From the NCBI GenBank assembly GCA_976551045.1, contig CDPCPM010000009.1, forward strand, positions 2,976,001 to 3,040,000: 64,000 nucleotides of DNA, in the 5' to 3' direction. The DNA is from Glaucostegus cemiculus (lineage: Eukaryota). The stretch's first letter is position 1. Each line of letters opens with the position of its first letter. A program made the position numbers and the translations under genes. The notes below the pieces were generated by a model. It searched no databases, was not told where the DNA came from, and saw only the letters and a list, made by a program, of their open reading frames with translations. Shown piece by piece: positions 47,363 through 61,600 of this stretch.

Positions 47363-49549
47363 GATGTTAATTAGGGACCACAGTCTTATCTGAAATTGGG
47401 TAATCTGGTGCAAACTATCAATGAAACCTCTGACCTCTCCACCAACTGAATTGCTAAAGCAGTTTTAAGCAGAGTTTTGTTTTCTGGGTTCAAAATAGTG
47501 ACAGCCCATCCAAAAATGGTTTGTTGCCTGTGAATTGCTTTTAGCCATTGAAGATATAAAAGGTAACATTTTTTTGATAAATGCAAATATTAATAGGAAT
47601 ATTACTATTTCTGGATCCTTCAACTATTCATTGCATATCCTTAAGCCATGTAAAATAATGCCCATGTTTGTTTTTGATAGTAAACATTTTCATCTTCCAT
47701 TATCTGAAGTCTTGACACTTGTATATTTCTAATTGCAGACAAGATTAAGTACCATACAAGGTGTTAATTTGTGCTCGGCTCAGTGAATGCTGTAGTCTGT
47801 TCTCTCGGTCTTAAGTGAACAGCACTTACAACTGGGAGCATGAAAGAGTCTGTCATGTTGAATTCATTGTTTTGTTCCAAAACAAATTGCTTTATGTTGG
47901 ACACTGTAGGAGTGCAGCCAGGTGAAGGGATCCTGTTCTCCCCATGTGTAAGCAAGCTTAAGCTTCTAGAGCCAGTGTCACTGTGGACTGTGAGCTTAGT
48001 GACTGCTGAATGTGCGTAGGATTAAGGACACCAAGTTCCATGCCAGGAGCATGCCTGTTTTATTTTTTTTGTCCTTAGCTAGCCCACACTGCAACCCACA
48101 CTATTGCATCGGACATTTCAACAGTGCTGCAGAGCAACTTTCCCATGTGCACTATAGAATGGGTGACTCGTGTAGGTAAATGGGGTACAGTACAATGTCT
48201 AAGCATGCGTAAGAGAATGTATATATTGTGACTTTACATCCAATCAGTAGGTAAAATGTACTTTTCCATGTTCTGAAGTCTTAATTACAAAACCCAGCTT
48301 ATTGCTTATTGATGTTTATGGTTCTTCCATAATGGCTTGGCATGTTATATGTTAAGTCAGTTCAATTTTTAATCGTACCTGTGAGGCACCTCAGAGTTTG
48401 AAAGCAAAAATGTGGATGTCATAGAAGCCTTGTGCTGCAGTCACTAATCCTAACTGGATGGGAGTTTGATTGCACCACTTGCACCAGTACTGCTGGTTTG
48501 TGGAAGGCTTCTGGTACTTTTTGCTATACCGCGACACGTATTGGAAAGTGATTGTGGTCTTTGACTGCAGCACGGCAAGCTTGGGTTGATCTGGCTGACC
48601 TGGCATTCTCATGCACATGCTGCCATGTAAACAAGTGATGTAAGTAAATGTTCAATGTATTCCAGTGAATTGGATACAGGATAAAGGTTTGATTTCTATT
48701 GTCCAAAAGTCAAGAAATTTTTTTCAGAATTTATATTGTCCTTTTGTTTTTTTTTGTACAGACTGAGCTGGAACTTTTGGTACCTTGTGATTGGTTCCCC
48801 TGTCTGACGTCAAGGGAAACAGTCCCCCAATGTCCACTTTAAGGAAGGCTACCTAATCTTGTTTTGAGTGTGAGGGATGCTGCAATGTTACACACACTCA
48901 TTTTTACACTCAGCTGTGGCTCTTATAATTCCCATTTCCCTCTGTAGCTTTGTTCCCTCCTTTAGAGCGATAATCTCCAGCCCTGCATCCCTCCATCTGC
49001 TGCACATCCTTTCAGTTCCGGTCTCTTTCAATCCTCAGTCTGCATCACTTCCTCACTGGTGGCTGTACTTTCAGTTTGAGCTCTGGAATTGCCCCTCCTG
49101 CCCTTTCATAGGCAATTAAAAGCCTTTACAATGGGGAAAAACACAAGGCACTTTGAAATAATTAAAAGCACCAAACTGAAATAAGATGATTAAAAAGAAA
49201 CTGTTTACCTTCCTCTTTCCCTGCTAATCTCTAGTCTTATTATTACCATTAGAATTGATTTACTTTCCAGCCACGTGACTGGTCTGCCTTGTAGGAACTG
49301 ACAGGAGAGTTCCCCACAGTAATGCTGGGATTTTCCAGCAAGACTTGGGTCTTCCCTTGTACTCAATATAGAGTCCAGTGATGGAGCTTAATGACAGATG
49401 TGGTGTTGTCTTTACTCAGTACATCTTGAACTTCCATGTTTATCAAAACATGGACAGAAGCAGAGTCCTAAACAACAGCCTTACCACCGCCCTGCCATCA
49501 GCATTTGCACTGTTGTCTCTTTGTGGCTCAGTGTTATATGGTGACAGTT

Positions 49550-49655
49550 GCATTAAAGGTATACGGACCAAATGCAGGTAAATAGGACTAGTATAGATGA
49601 GTACATTGGTTGGCATGGACATGGTGAGTGAAGGGCCTGTTTGTGTGCTGTACAA
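49550..49655 (+). mobile_element. CR1/HE1 3' tail fragment
   Basis: ggtatacggaccaaatgcagg...ttggcatggacatggtgagtgaagggcctgtttgtgtgctgtac. Confidence 0.7.
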
Positions 49656-52600
49656 CCCCCACTCTGTTTAATCAAGTTGTGTTCTCTGGTAATTTAAATA
49701 TGCTTTGGGTGCAGAGGATTCTCCTGATGTCCTGGCCAGGGAAATGGCTATTGAGAAGTTTGCCCAAGTTCCCCCTTCCATTAATGGTACTGTAGTGCCA
49801 TGTGACTTTGACAGCTTAGTTTGCAGCATTTAAACTTTTGATACTTGTCCAAGGCCATTGTAACCAATCACACATATTTAGGTGTTTGAATTTTGGAGAG
49901 TCTGTGGTTGGGAATTTTCTGTTTGGAATTGTTCTGTCTCCCACAAAGGACCCGAGGCTCTCACTCCCAATTTTTCACAGAATTTGTTAGCTGGTTGTAT
50001 TTCCATTACTAAATGCATTCCTGAACAATTAAAGAGATCCTCTTAGAGTAAATTGACTTGCTTTTGAAAGCTATTTTAAAGTTTTAGAAGCTCTGTCCTT
50101 CATAATTCCAAAGCTAAAAGGTCCCAAGGTCACATTACATCTGATTTGCCTTTGTAATGCTTTATCTGTTGTACAGTAACTCTTCGTACAATGTACTTTC
50201 GTTTTCTTAATTTGCATGCAGTTAGTTTTGTATTTTTGTCTCCATACCACTATGAATATATTCACTGTTTACTCCAGATAACAAATTTCAAACAAGGAAT
50301 TGAACGGTACAGTACACTGCATTATTGTACTTTTCTGAGATAAGGGCACAATTTTAATTGGATCAGAGATGATGGAAGCTGCTAGTTGTAATGTCATGAA
50401 TTTAACAATTACTTTTTTTTAATGTAATTGCGTTTGCCCTTTACCTAATTCCTCCCACTAATCATGCCCTTACTCTCATGGAGTCCTGACTAACATTTTA
50501 CCTTCATTTAACCTCTTCTAACCCACAACATCTCCTTCTCCTCCTCCTTTTAAGCTGACCTTAAAATCGACCTCTGCGACCAGGCTTCTTGTCATCTATC
50601 CCAATGTCCTTTTGTGGGTAAGTGTCACATTTTCAGTAGTGCGCCAGTGAAGACCTTTTGAGATGTTTGCTGTGTCAAAGATGTTGCATAAAAGTGTTTT
50701 TTTTAATACTATGAAGAGTGTTGAAATTCCTTCAACTGATCTGAGAGATATCATTGGTTTATAAAGGGAATTAAAGGAGCTTGCGACAGCAACAAATTTC
50801 ATGGTAATAAACCTCTGACACAGCCACAAATTGTGTAGTGATTAAAATCAGAGATGCACAAGAGGGCTACATTTAGAGGAATGTAAATGTTTGTTTTTAT
50901 TGCTCTTCTGTGGCATGTGAGCATTTATTACCAGTTTCTAACTGCCTTGACGTGGTGAATTAATGCAATCTATGTGGTGCAGATGCTTCTCTGCTGTGTT
51001 GCACAGTTCCATGATTTTGACCCGGTTACATTACAGGGTCAACAATATATTTCCAAGTCAGAATGGTGTGATGCTTGGAAGGTGCTTGCAGGTTGTACTT
51101 GCCCACATCTTTGTTAACCTTGTCTTTCTAGATAGTAGAAGTCACAGCTTTGGGGGGTGCTGTTGAAAAAGTCTCGGCAAGTTGCTAGAGCGTATCTTAT
51201 AGATTGGCACGCTGATGTGTGCTTTTATTCATTTTGTGGATGTGGGCATCTCTGGCGAGACCAGCATTTAATATCCATAATCTACTGCCCTTGTCCTTCC
51301 AAGTAGGAATGAGTGAATTACCTGAGAAATAGAAGCTGGAGTTGGTTATTTGGCCCTTGTGTATGACCCACCATTAAGTAAGGTCATGGCTGATCTTTAA
51401 CCTCAGTGCCACTTTACAGCATGAACTTCTCATCCCTTGATTCCTTTTGATATCCAAGAATCTATGGATCGGTTTTGCAATGATAACTCTATTGTTAAAC
51501 TGAGTTGAACTGACTGATGTTCACTACCTGCACTTAAGTGGCATGAATACTATTTACTACTTACCAGAACAAACCTGAATATTGTCCATGTGGCATGTGC
51601 TGCTTCAGGATTCAGAATGGTCCCATTTCAGAATGTTCCCACTTCTGGATTTATGATGGAGCAGTTAAAGATGAACAATACACTGAGGAACCAGTCATTT
51701 TGGTCTTGAAATGACTGACCCAGCAATTCTAAATGCCCTGCTTCCTGTTATGTATGATTTTAGACAATGGAGAGTTCTCAGCTTAATTACCACAGACTTC
51801 AAGTTCTAATAAGGTTTGGTAAAGTTCCTTGGTGTCATACTTGGTCAGTTGTTGCCTTGACGTCTGGGGCAGTCAGTCATGCTCACCTCGTCACAAAAAT
51901 TTGGTTGGATTACCAATCCACAGACCTGCTCAGGCACCCACCTTTCCTACAAGTGGACTTTTACTTGACTAAGATATTCTGATTTGTAAGGATAAGCTAC
52001 TTATTGTTCTTGTTAATTGAAGTGTTGCAAACAATTGCAGTTAAATCAACTGAGTTTAGCACTAGTTAAGACTCAGTGAGTCATGACGTTCTTTTCTGAG
52101 TAGCTACAGCAAGGAAACGTTCAAGCCTCTGGTGTCTTTTGTATATTGCAGAGTATTTATCCAAGGGACTTGGAACTCCATTGATTATGCAGATTACCCA
52201 TTCTGTGGGAGGGGGGGAGCAGAGGTGGGGGGATGGAGGAGGAGTAGTTGTTACTGGTTAGCAGTAGTAGTATCTAACCACTGCCACTTTGCTCCTTTTC
52301 TGAAGATGATCCTTGAGGCTTCCAAAATGCTTTGGAACCACAAAATACTAAATGAACTGCAGATGTTGTTGTAGAAACATAGTGGCCAATTCATGCACAG
52401 CAAGATTTTGCATTCTATAATGTGAGTTTGTTTATAGTTCAGTGGTGTTGGCTGATGGATTGTTCAGGGCATTGAGATGAACAACCTTGCTCTTTTGAAT
52501 AGTGAATTCTTTAAACAGTGGGATTTTCACATCCACCAAGATACTTTGCCCTCTGCTCCAGTGTAGTGTGTAACAGCTGCCATCCAGTAGCTTGAGCAAA

Positions 52601-53357
52601 TATCCACCCAAGGGAGCAGCTATTCAGCCTCAAGGGAGGCATTGCGATCCAGCTCGGCCTTTCTCTCATCCGGCTCTGCCTTGTGTCCTAGTTGGAATCC
52701 TTGGTGGTGAGTCATTAGTACTTAAAACTGTCTGATTTTTTTTTTTGCCAGGCACCTTTCCCAACCCCTCACCTCCCACTTGAAAAACACCTGCTGAGAT
52801 CTCGGTCTCACTCTAAGAAACTTTTCTTACTAAAAAAAAACCTGCCTGATCAAGCTTTCTCTTGCCTGTCTTAATTGGACACTGTCACAGAAGTTGTACA
52901 GAAGTTGTACAAAATTGTCCCAGTTGTGTAACATGAATCACTTTACTGGGTTAAAGGCATCCTGTTACAGTTTCCTGAACACTGCCAGGGCTGACATCAA
53001 TTTTCACTTTATCAGAGTGGAAATCTAAGGTGGTTCACGTCATTTGGCTTCTTGCTTGCTTTTGACAACACCTTGGCTGCTTTCACACAGCATCACACAG
53101 GTCCCAATATGTCTTGCACTTAGATCGAAGGAGACTGCAGGGAAGAGACCAGGAGCTGAAGACCAAAAGCTTTGCTTAGAGAAGTTGAGGGAAGGGATTC
53201 CAAGGGGATATGAATTCATGATCCTACTCCAGTCCCACAACTCCAGGATCTCTTTGCTCTTTTCCTGGCCTTGTCTTTGTTCTGGACTTTATTTCCTACC
53301 CTATCCAGCAGCAGGTTCTAAGCTCTGGAATTTCCTTCATGAACTTAGTTGTTTATT

Positions 53358-53616
53358 TAAGATATCTTTATTAGTCACGTTTGCATCGAAACACACAGTA
53401 AACTGCATCTTCTGAATAGTGCTCTGAGGGCAGCCTGCAAGTGTTGCCACACTTCCAGCACCAACATAGCATGCCCACAACTTCCTAACCTGTACATCTT
53501 TGGAATGTGGGAGGAAACCCACATAAACATGGAGAGAATGTATAAACTCCTTGCGGACAGCGGCTGGCATTGAACCTCGGTCGCTGGCACTGTAATAGCA
53601 TTACACTAACTGCTAA
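53358..53616 (-). mobile_element. V-SINE, third copy of the 12420 family, inside an L2 remnant
   Basis: Same head, V-domain and tail as 12420-12720 and 16305-16600, with a small deletion in the V-domain. Confidence 0.88.
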
Positions 53617-54986
53617 CCTCTTCCCTCATTAACACACTGCAAAACATAACCCTTGATCATGCATTGCAGTGTTTCCTTACTTAGCTCTGCATCAATGAAA
53701 CATTTCACTCATGAAGAGCCTTGAGATGGGTTGCCATGTTAAAGACGCTATGGGAACATGATGTGTTGCTGAGAAAGTGCTCCCACCATTGGTGGGAGAA
53801 TGACTGGGTTGGGAATGGATGAGGCCTGAGGAATGAAGAATTCCATGCTGAGAAGCATAGGGGATTGCTCAAGCAAAATAGGGTAGAACAAAATGAGGAA
53901 GGGGCAGTGGTGGGAGATGTTCATTAGGTTCTTGGAGTGGGTCAGAGGTTGTGTGACTGGGCTTCTCTCTGGGGTGCCTATATTGGGAATTTACTGTGAA
54001 AAGTTCATTCTCCAAGGATTGCAGTTTCTGCTTAACATGTTTAATGCAAGAATGGTGGAAATGGGAAGTAGCCAGCTTTTGACAAGCTTCCCATTTAAAG
54101 AGAGAGGAAGCTGTTACCTTTAAGGCCCCCCCCCCCCATCCCCTTTATTATCTGGGCTGCCTATTGTTTGGCTTAACCTTGGAGATGAGTTTTAAAAGTC
54201 AGCTACTCTTTCAGAACAGGCTGGGCAGAAAGCAAGCTCAAGAATGCTCAAGCTGTGATGGCCCACTGTTTCTCCTTGGTGGGCAGCAGGCTGGGAAAGC
54301 AAATTTGGCTGAGTTGACATCTGATATGCTCAGTAAAGATGGAGACTGACAGTAAGAAAACCCTAGTGTACGAATTAAAGAGGGAGCAAGAAAAGGCAGT
54401 GATGCAAGTGTTTCAAATGGAGCAGTGAAGAAGACTACAAGCTTTTTTTTGGTTTTTTTTCTGCTCTACTGGGCTTTTAGAAACAACAAACTTAGAAATT
54501 GTGTAGGCTAATTTGCAAGAAGGGAGGCCAAATTATACTAGGCCTACATTAATGTGCGACTGCAGACATTTTATTTAAAGAGATTATGTCCAAAGAAGTG
54601 GGTCAGGGAAGTCATTTACCGAATGGTTCCTGTTCTCTTGGGGAAGTGTGGAAAATAAGTCTGAATGCATCTTATCAGTCGCCAGGTGTTATATTTGCTT
54701 TTGATATTTCCTCAGTCTGTTACGTCTGTGGGTGTGTGCTAATGAATGACTGACTTCAGCAGTTGGAACACCTTTATTTTAGCTGATCGTATTTGGGGAG
54801 GGGGTCCTGAGAGTGTGTCGGTATTTGTGAGAATGGTGTTGGGTTTCCGAGAGGCATGCCGAGATTCTTTGGAGATTGAGCCCTTTGCCTTGTCTATTCT
54901 CCTCACTGTTGCTGTCTGATCAGCAAGTGTTCCAAGCAGCTATGCTTTTTCTGGTTGGGGTATTTGTCCCAAAGAGTCTGTCGGTA

Positions 54987-55145
54987 TTAGAACATAAGGC
55001 CTGTACTGTGCTGTAATGTCCCTTCGGCCCGTGATATTGTGCCAACATTTTATCCTGCTTTAAGATCTATCTAACCCTTTCCTCCCATATAGCCCTCCAT
55101 TTCCCTATCATTCTATCTATGTGTCTAAGAGTCTCTTAAATGTCG
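54987..55145 (-). mobile_element. CR1 3' tail fragment
   Basis: tagaacataag..cccttcggcccgtgatattgtgcc..ctatgtgtctaagagtctcttaaatg. Confidence 0.72.
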
Positions 55146-55169
55146 CTTTTTGCAGACCCACAACAGCAT

Positions 55170-55378
55170 GGTGACCACTACACTACTATGATCATCTTGC
55201 ACTAAAATGGACTTTTTAAAATTCTAATTGTGTTCTTTCTTGTTAAAATTGTATAACTTGTGTTTAATTTGTTTTTCTTGTGAATGCTGCTTATATGATG
55301 CTATGTGCCTCTGATGCTGCTTCAAGTAAGTTTTTCATTGCACTTGTGCATATGACAATAAACTCGACTTTGATTTTG
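55170..55378 (+). mobile_element. Rex1/Babar-type 3' tail
   Basis: gtgaatgctgcttatatgatgctatgtgcc..aagtttttcattgcac..atgacaataaactcgactttga. Confidence 0.65.
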
Positions 55379-56469
55379 GTTGACTCTTAAGCCCTCCGAA
55401 ATGGCTCAGCAAGCCAACCAGCTCAGCGGTAAGTCGGGATGGACAACAAACACTGGCTTTGTTAATGAACTGCACACAATAACATCTCATTATCAGCAAC
55501 GTGCAAGAGCACAAACTTGCTTTCTGTCATCAAAGCACTTCCATGGGTCTGGATATCGCCTAATATGACTCAGTAAAGTTTTGTTTATGCTCTAATGAAG
55601 TACCTTGGGCTACTTTGCTTTGTTAAAGGTACCTTATGGATTGCAAGGTTGTTGTGTTGCCCCATCACTGTCATGGCTGGCATCACTTTGAGCACTTTGC
55701 AGATTGATGCTGAGCTAGGAAGAGGAAGATCAGGTGAGGTGGGGGGGAAAGGTTGAGGGAAATGATTTCAGAGAATTGGAATCCAGGAGGCCATCACTGT
55801 AACCTCCTCTAGCTCAACAATTCTCTGTGACTGTTGCATGTCTCTAATTCTGCACTGGCAGGGTTTACAAGACTTAATATCTCATTATGTGGGTTGGTAT
55901 TGAATTTTATTTGCTAATGCATCTATGCCAAGCCGTTGGCTGATTACTGCATGAAGGCCACTGTGTAAAGTTGAGTTACTCCTGTTCTGAAGGAATTTTG
56001 CAACTCACTTGCTAATCCTCCAATTCAAATCATCAAATGCATCGTCTTTGCAATGGAATGGCACTCTTGGTAACACAGAATGAGATCTGTCACTTAAGCT
56101 GGAGTAATTGTATTGACGTAGTCTCTCGCCTGGTCGCTAGAATCTCAGTAAAGTTTTTATTTATTTATATTTGGCAGTTTGCAAATGTACACTGACCACA
56201 CTACACCCTTCCCACTCCCTCACTGTCTTCAAAGTTTAGACTGCTTATTCGACATTGCTAGATGAACACGAATTTCTTAAGAAATAGGAGAAGAGTAGGC
56301 CACGACTCCTTGAGCCTGTTTTTGCCATTCAGAACAATCGTAGCTGATCTGATCTTGGTGTCAGCTCCACTTTCCTTTCCTTGACTCGCTTATGGTCCAG
56401 AAATTTATCTCTGCCTTGAATGTAGTCAACGATTCAACTGTGCCTCTCGCTGGGGAGTGAACAATAAAA

Positions 56470-57250
56470 GGTGACCCTTTTATTATTTCCTGCAACTGAG
56501 TGCGGCAAAGATTGAAGTCGCTGTCTTTAAGTCCCAACACTGACTCCTAACCACTGCTTCCTTCCCTTTCCTTGCCATCTGTTGAAAATTGATCCAGGCT
56601 GTTTACATTGTTGGTGCCACATTTGCCACTAATAAACGTCCAATCACACGTCCATGCAGTTTATTATATAAATACATTTACCATCGCTTGACTCTTCTGC
56701 CTCATCTGGTCTGCTGAAAACCTCACTCCAGGCTTTTGTTATCTTTTAGATGTGACCAGGAGAGCTTTAGAATGTTTGGCCTCCCTCGACAACTTGAGGT
56801 GATCCAACTCTACAGCCTTTGTTCCAACCATGTCCCATTCACCTTTTGCCCCAGGCATGTTGATCAGTATGAGCTGCCAGTTAGCAGTGTCTCACTTTTA
56901 AAATTTGCATTTTATTTATTAAACTCTGATCAGCCCTAATTACATGCCTCCAATCTCCACCAGCTCCACTACCCTCTGAGATATCTGCTGATTCTGACCT
57001 TTTGGTTGTCCCCAATGTTAATCACTCCACGGATGACAGTTGTGCCTTCAGCTTTTGAGTTCTTAAACTCTGGAATTCCCTCTCTAAGTCCTCTGCCTCC
57101 TTGCCTCTGTTTTTCTTTTAAAACCCACCTTAAAATAGATCTTTAATCAAGCATTAGGTCATTGGCCCTAATATTTCCCTTGATGTCAGATATGGTGGCA
57201 CCTTGGGATGATTTTGCCACATTGAAGGGGCGATGTACAGTAAGCTGTTG
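56470..57250 (+). mobile_element. Decayed L2-like LINE 3' portion
   Basis: ctgctgaaaacctcactccaggctttt..cttgaggtgatccaactc..gccttcagc..aaactctggaattccctctctaa, typical of the L2 ORF2 end and UTR. Confidence 0.6.
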
Positions 57251-58641
57251 TTTAAGAACATAACATAATGCTGTGGGCCATGAGGCTTTTGCCATTTTGA
57301 TTTTTGTCCATCTAAACTTGGGTTGTGTTGGCGTGAGTGTTACACATCCAAATCTGATTTATAGATTCAGCTGTGGAATGAAATTATCTGAAGTTGCTGG
57401 CAGTGCCAGATTTTTTCCTGTTCCTAATTGTCCCTGCAATGCAGAGGAAGCTAAGAATCACCAGTGTGCTTGGAGGCAAACTGAGCAATGAAGGCAGATC
57501 TCCTTCCCTGTAAAGCTTTAGTGTACCAGATGGGTTTTTACAGTGGTCTGATAGTTTCATGCTCACATTGCTGGTGCTGGGTTATTAATTCCAGATTTAT
57601 CAATTATTTGAATTAAATGCCTCAACTTCCTTGCTGAGATTTGAACTCAGGCATCTGGATGCCAATCCAGTAACTTTTGAGATGTAATTCAGAGACCTTC
57701 CCAGTACAGTGTTATTCAATATCATAGGGAAGAATTTGGCTTACTTTAAAAAGAGAGCCATCCTCGCCTTTTGACCTCCGCTAGGGAAGTACTTTGGAAA
57801 TGCAGTCAGTGTTGTAATGCAGGAAACATGGAAGCCCATTCAAGAATAACAAAACCTCACTGTGACCATTCATTTCTCTCTGTGGGCATTGTGTTGGCAT
57901 GGCCAGAATTTTACTGCCCTTGAGTTAGTGGTGATGGTACCTTTTCTCAAACCACTGCCATCCTCCTTGTGATGTAGATGAAGGGCTGAGTATCAGACAT
58001 GATATCAGGAGGAACTCAGCCACTTGTGAGGCAAAACAGTGCATTTGTTGATGATTTACCATTCAGAGGGATTGTGGCTGATCTTTATCCTGCACATCCC
58101 TTGTTACTCTCACCCAGTGTAAGTCTTTCGCACTCAATCTTGTTTGCCACAATTGTCTCCTGTGCTTGTGACTGTTACTGTGCCTCCAGTTTCAGTTATT
58201 GGTATTAAGAGACCATGTTGTCCTGTTTAGGGGTTCTGCACCAGTTAGACCATAGTCCTTACCGAACCACCAGACACATACAACACAAGCCAGTGACTAA
58301 GGTATCTCCATACCATGCACTAGCTTCATTATTTCAAACGATGATTGGCACAACTAACTGAAAGAACTATTGAACTGACACAAGGAAACTCGCAGCAGCA
58401 AATAATCATTCAAGAAAGTAAAATTGTCATTCCTATTTTAAGCCTTAGCACCAAGAAGTTTCATAGAAGCAGGTGTTTTCTTTGATTGACTCTTCAGTGT
58501 AAATAGACACTGAAGTAGAATGTGTTGAGAGTAATAACAAATACATTGTGGAAACCGATGTGGTGAGATAATTGGGTAAAATGGCATTTGTCTTGTTCAT
58601 TTAAAATGTGTAAGTGTCCCTTTTCTCTTTGTTTTTTGTAG

Positions 58642-61600
58642 TGACAGCAATATACCAAGTCAAGAGGTGCAACTCAGTAAAGAACCCCAGGGGTCCCTGG
58701 ACCAGTTTATGGCCAAGCTGTGCAGACATCACCAGAAACAATTCATGAGTGTGCTCAGCCACATGCGCAGTGAAGCGGGTCCTGAATCGGAGTCGGTGGA
58801 GCATGAGGACATGGCTGCCTCCAGCCCAGCTCCTCAGCAACAGCAGCCCAAAAATGCCGGAGACCCATTGAGGAGCAGAGCCACCTTCCAGTCGTGCCCT
58901 TCCTTTAATCGGGCGACTCCAATCCAGAGTGACTTGAACTGTGACAATGGCACGGAGGGCAAAGAGACTCCTGGTGAGGGTCCTCACGTGATGGGAAGCG
59001 AGGTCTGTGATGCTACTTCTGCTGAATCACCGAGGGCCTTGGGTGGCTGTAGTGGTGGGACTGTCATCAAAAACAGCATTGTTGGGGCAAGGTCCTCTAA
59101 AGGTATGTTTACAAATAACTGCAGCAAAACGGGGAACTTGGAAGCCTTGCAAAAAGAAACTGTGAATCGGAAGTTGATCAGCAACTCGCTGTTGGGTCTG
59201 TCCTCCAGTGACTGTGCACTCATTAGTACTGCTAACCGAATAGAAGGAGTAAGTTCTTGCAACCAGAAGAACAAAACAGAGGGTACAGTCGCTGCCAAAG
59301 GTCAGAAGGAATCTCTCCGAGCTCTCCCCATGCAATTACTGAACCTGAGAAAGAACTTGATTAAAAGTCAGAATGGTCCACAGGGCGGTTCTGGAGCAGG
59401 CTCGGACCACAAAGCAATTAAGCGTGCGCCAGTTCACGGGGGGCCGCAAGAAAATGCCACTGCCGCCAAAAGGACTGTCAAGGGTAATCATGTGCTTCCA
59501 ACACCTGCAAGCGCCAAAGACTGCTGGGTTTTCTCCAAGTCCCGTCCTGGTGGGAGGGGTGCCAATGGGCGCCTGAGGTTAAAGGTGCAGTCTCCTCCCA
59601 CCAAGACGGCCAGAAAGAGTACCAGGGTGACGGTTCCACGGGCTCGTTCTTCCGTGTCAACTGTGTGCCAATATGTGAATGAGCACGACAACCAGTGCGA
59701 CATTGTTTACATCAGCAAGCCAATCACTGAATGCCGCTTCGACACCCAGAGGTCCTGGTCTTCCACTAGAAAGACAGCGAGGAAAAGTACACGCGGGCAT
59801 CTCTGCAACGAAGAATATTGGGAGCTAAAGACAGTTCGCACTTCAGCCAGGAACCCAGTACTGGAGGCAAGGAAGGAGAGCCTTGCGTCTTTTGTTCCCA
59901 ACCCACCTGCCCCAGTGACCCCGAAGCCAGTGCTTACTCTGCCTGTTAGTGTGCCTGTTGTTGGTATTCCGGTGACGGTTGGCACTGGTGTTCATGGGGC
60001 AAAGGGGCAAGAGAAAACACTGCTGAAGCAAGACCTAGCTCAGGAGCTCGAGAAGAATCTAAGTTCTAATTGCTTAGCAAACTGTGCAGAGAAGGTTGTC
60101 AATGTAAGTCAGACCTGCCAGTTGCAGGAGGCCAGTGCATCTTCCATGAATGGCAGTGACCCAGAAGGGGAACAGAAGAGGCCCTCAGGCCAGGCTAACA
60201 GTACCAGCTCTGAAAACTGTCCAGCAGCAATCAGGGGTACGCAAGTTCCAAGCATACATGGGAGCAAATGCACCACAGTACAGGCTGATTCCCGAGAACA
60301 GGGCAAAAGCTTGCTGGCTGCTTGCCCAAGTATTGAGCCACTTGGCAAGGTACTGGATGAATGCAGGAGCACTGAACAGAGCCAGTCCGGACTGGAACAA
60401 TTAGCTAAGGAAAGAGATGAGATGAAGGGTAATTCATCAGCAAAGGACAGGAGCTCTTTTAACCACTTAGAGCCCGGTCTGAATAATGGGAATCAAGACC
60501 CTTCTGTGTCCTATTTAGGTAATGTGGGAATCAGTCCTGTTAACAGTATTGAGATTAACCTTCCTTGGAACCAATGCAGCAAGCAGAACAACAGTAGCAG
60601 TGAAATATTAAATGGCGACTTGGGGGAGTTGAGCCATGATCTCTGCAAGCCAACAGTGGAATCCCAACAACCTGAACATTCAAACAAATCAGTTGAAAAC
60701 GTTGATAAGGTAAAGGTAGAAAAATTGTTAACTGAGAAAGAAGACTCCAAAGAAGCGGAGATTACATTATGTCTTCCACCTAAGTCAGTCACTTGTTCTA
60801 TCGTGCCCAAGAGCGATTTGCATCCACAGCCAGCTTCCATACATGAAAGTAACAGCAGGTGCAGTGATCCAGGACAGTCTGCCCTGGAGATGGTGGAAGG
60901 ACAAGGAACTGATGGTATTGAATGCCATGTGCCAGTGAGCAATCTGTGTTTGAGAGGGAGGAAGCCAGTAGACCTTGTTGCAGATGTACCTGACCACAAG
61001 AGGAAAGAAGACATGAGGGCCATGAGATCTCTCCAGCATGCTAGGAATATCAGCCCCATCAAAGAGGAGACGTCTGTTCCACCTGCTTCAGAAAAGAAAA
61101 AACAACGTAAAAGGTTGATGCCTGCTCCTTCCGACAGATGCTTAAGGAGTCAACAATCACAGCTACAGACTGTGGCCAATGTAGGCAGTGTTAAAGAGGA
61201 GCCCATGGTTAGTGCTGATGGCTTACTAGTCCCTTGTCTCAGTGTGAAATTCCCGAGGAATCAAGGTGAGAAAGGATACAGAAGGGAAGTGTGCATCAGC
61301 AGAGTGACATCTGTTCAATTTCCAGTGGACTGCTTCAACAAAACCATTTTGCAAAGCATCATTGACCCCGAGAGCAAAGTAGACGAATCCCTTGCTACCG
61401 CTTCCATGAAAGATGTTGGCAAAATGAGAAAGCCAGCAGTTAAGCAGGTTGCCTCTCAAGCTCCAGAAAAGGAGTCTGAGAGCTCAGAAGATGAAGAATT
61501 GATTACTGACAGTTTTGTACGTGAAAAAACACTCCTCAAACAAGGTAGAATTCTCGAGGTCTGTGTGGATGTAAAATCGGCTGAAGAGAGGCAAGTTTCC

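Noticed and set aside
52887-52911. 11-bp tandem duplication (acagaagttgt)x2
   Set aside because: Simple slippage duplication in decayed repeat sequence.
60965-60979. PVDLV as a third CtBP motif
   Set aside because: It lacks the S/T of PxDLS/T and lies in a poorly conserved region.
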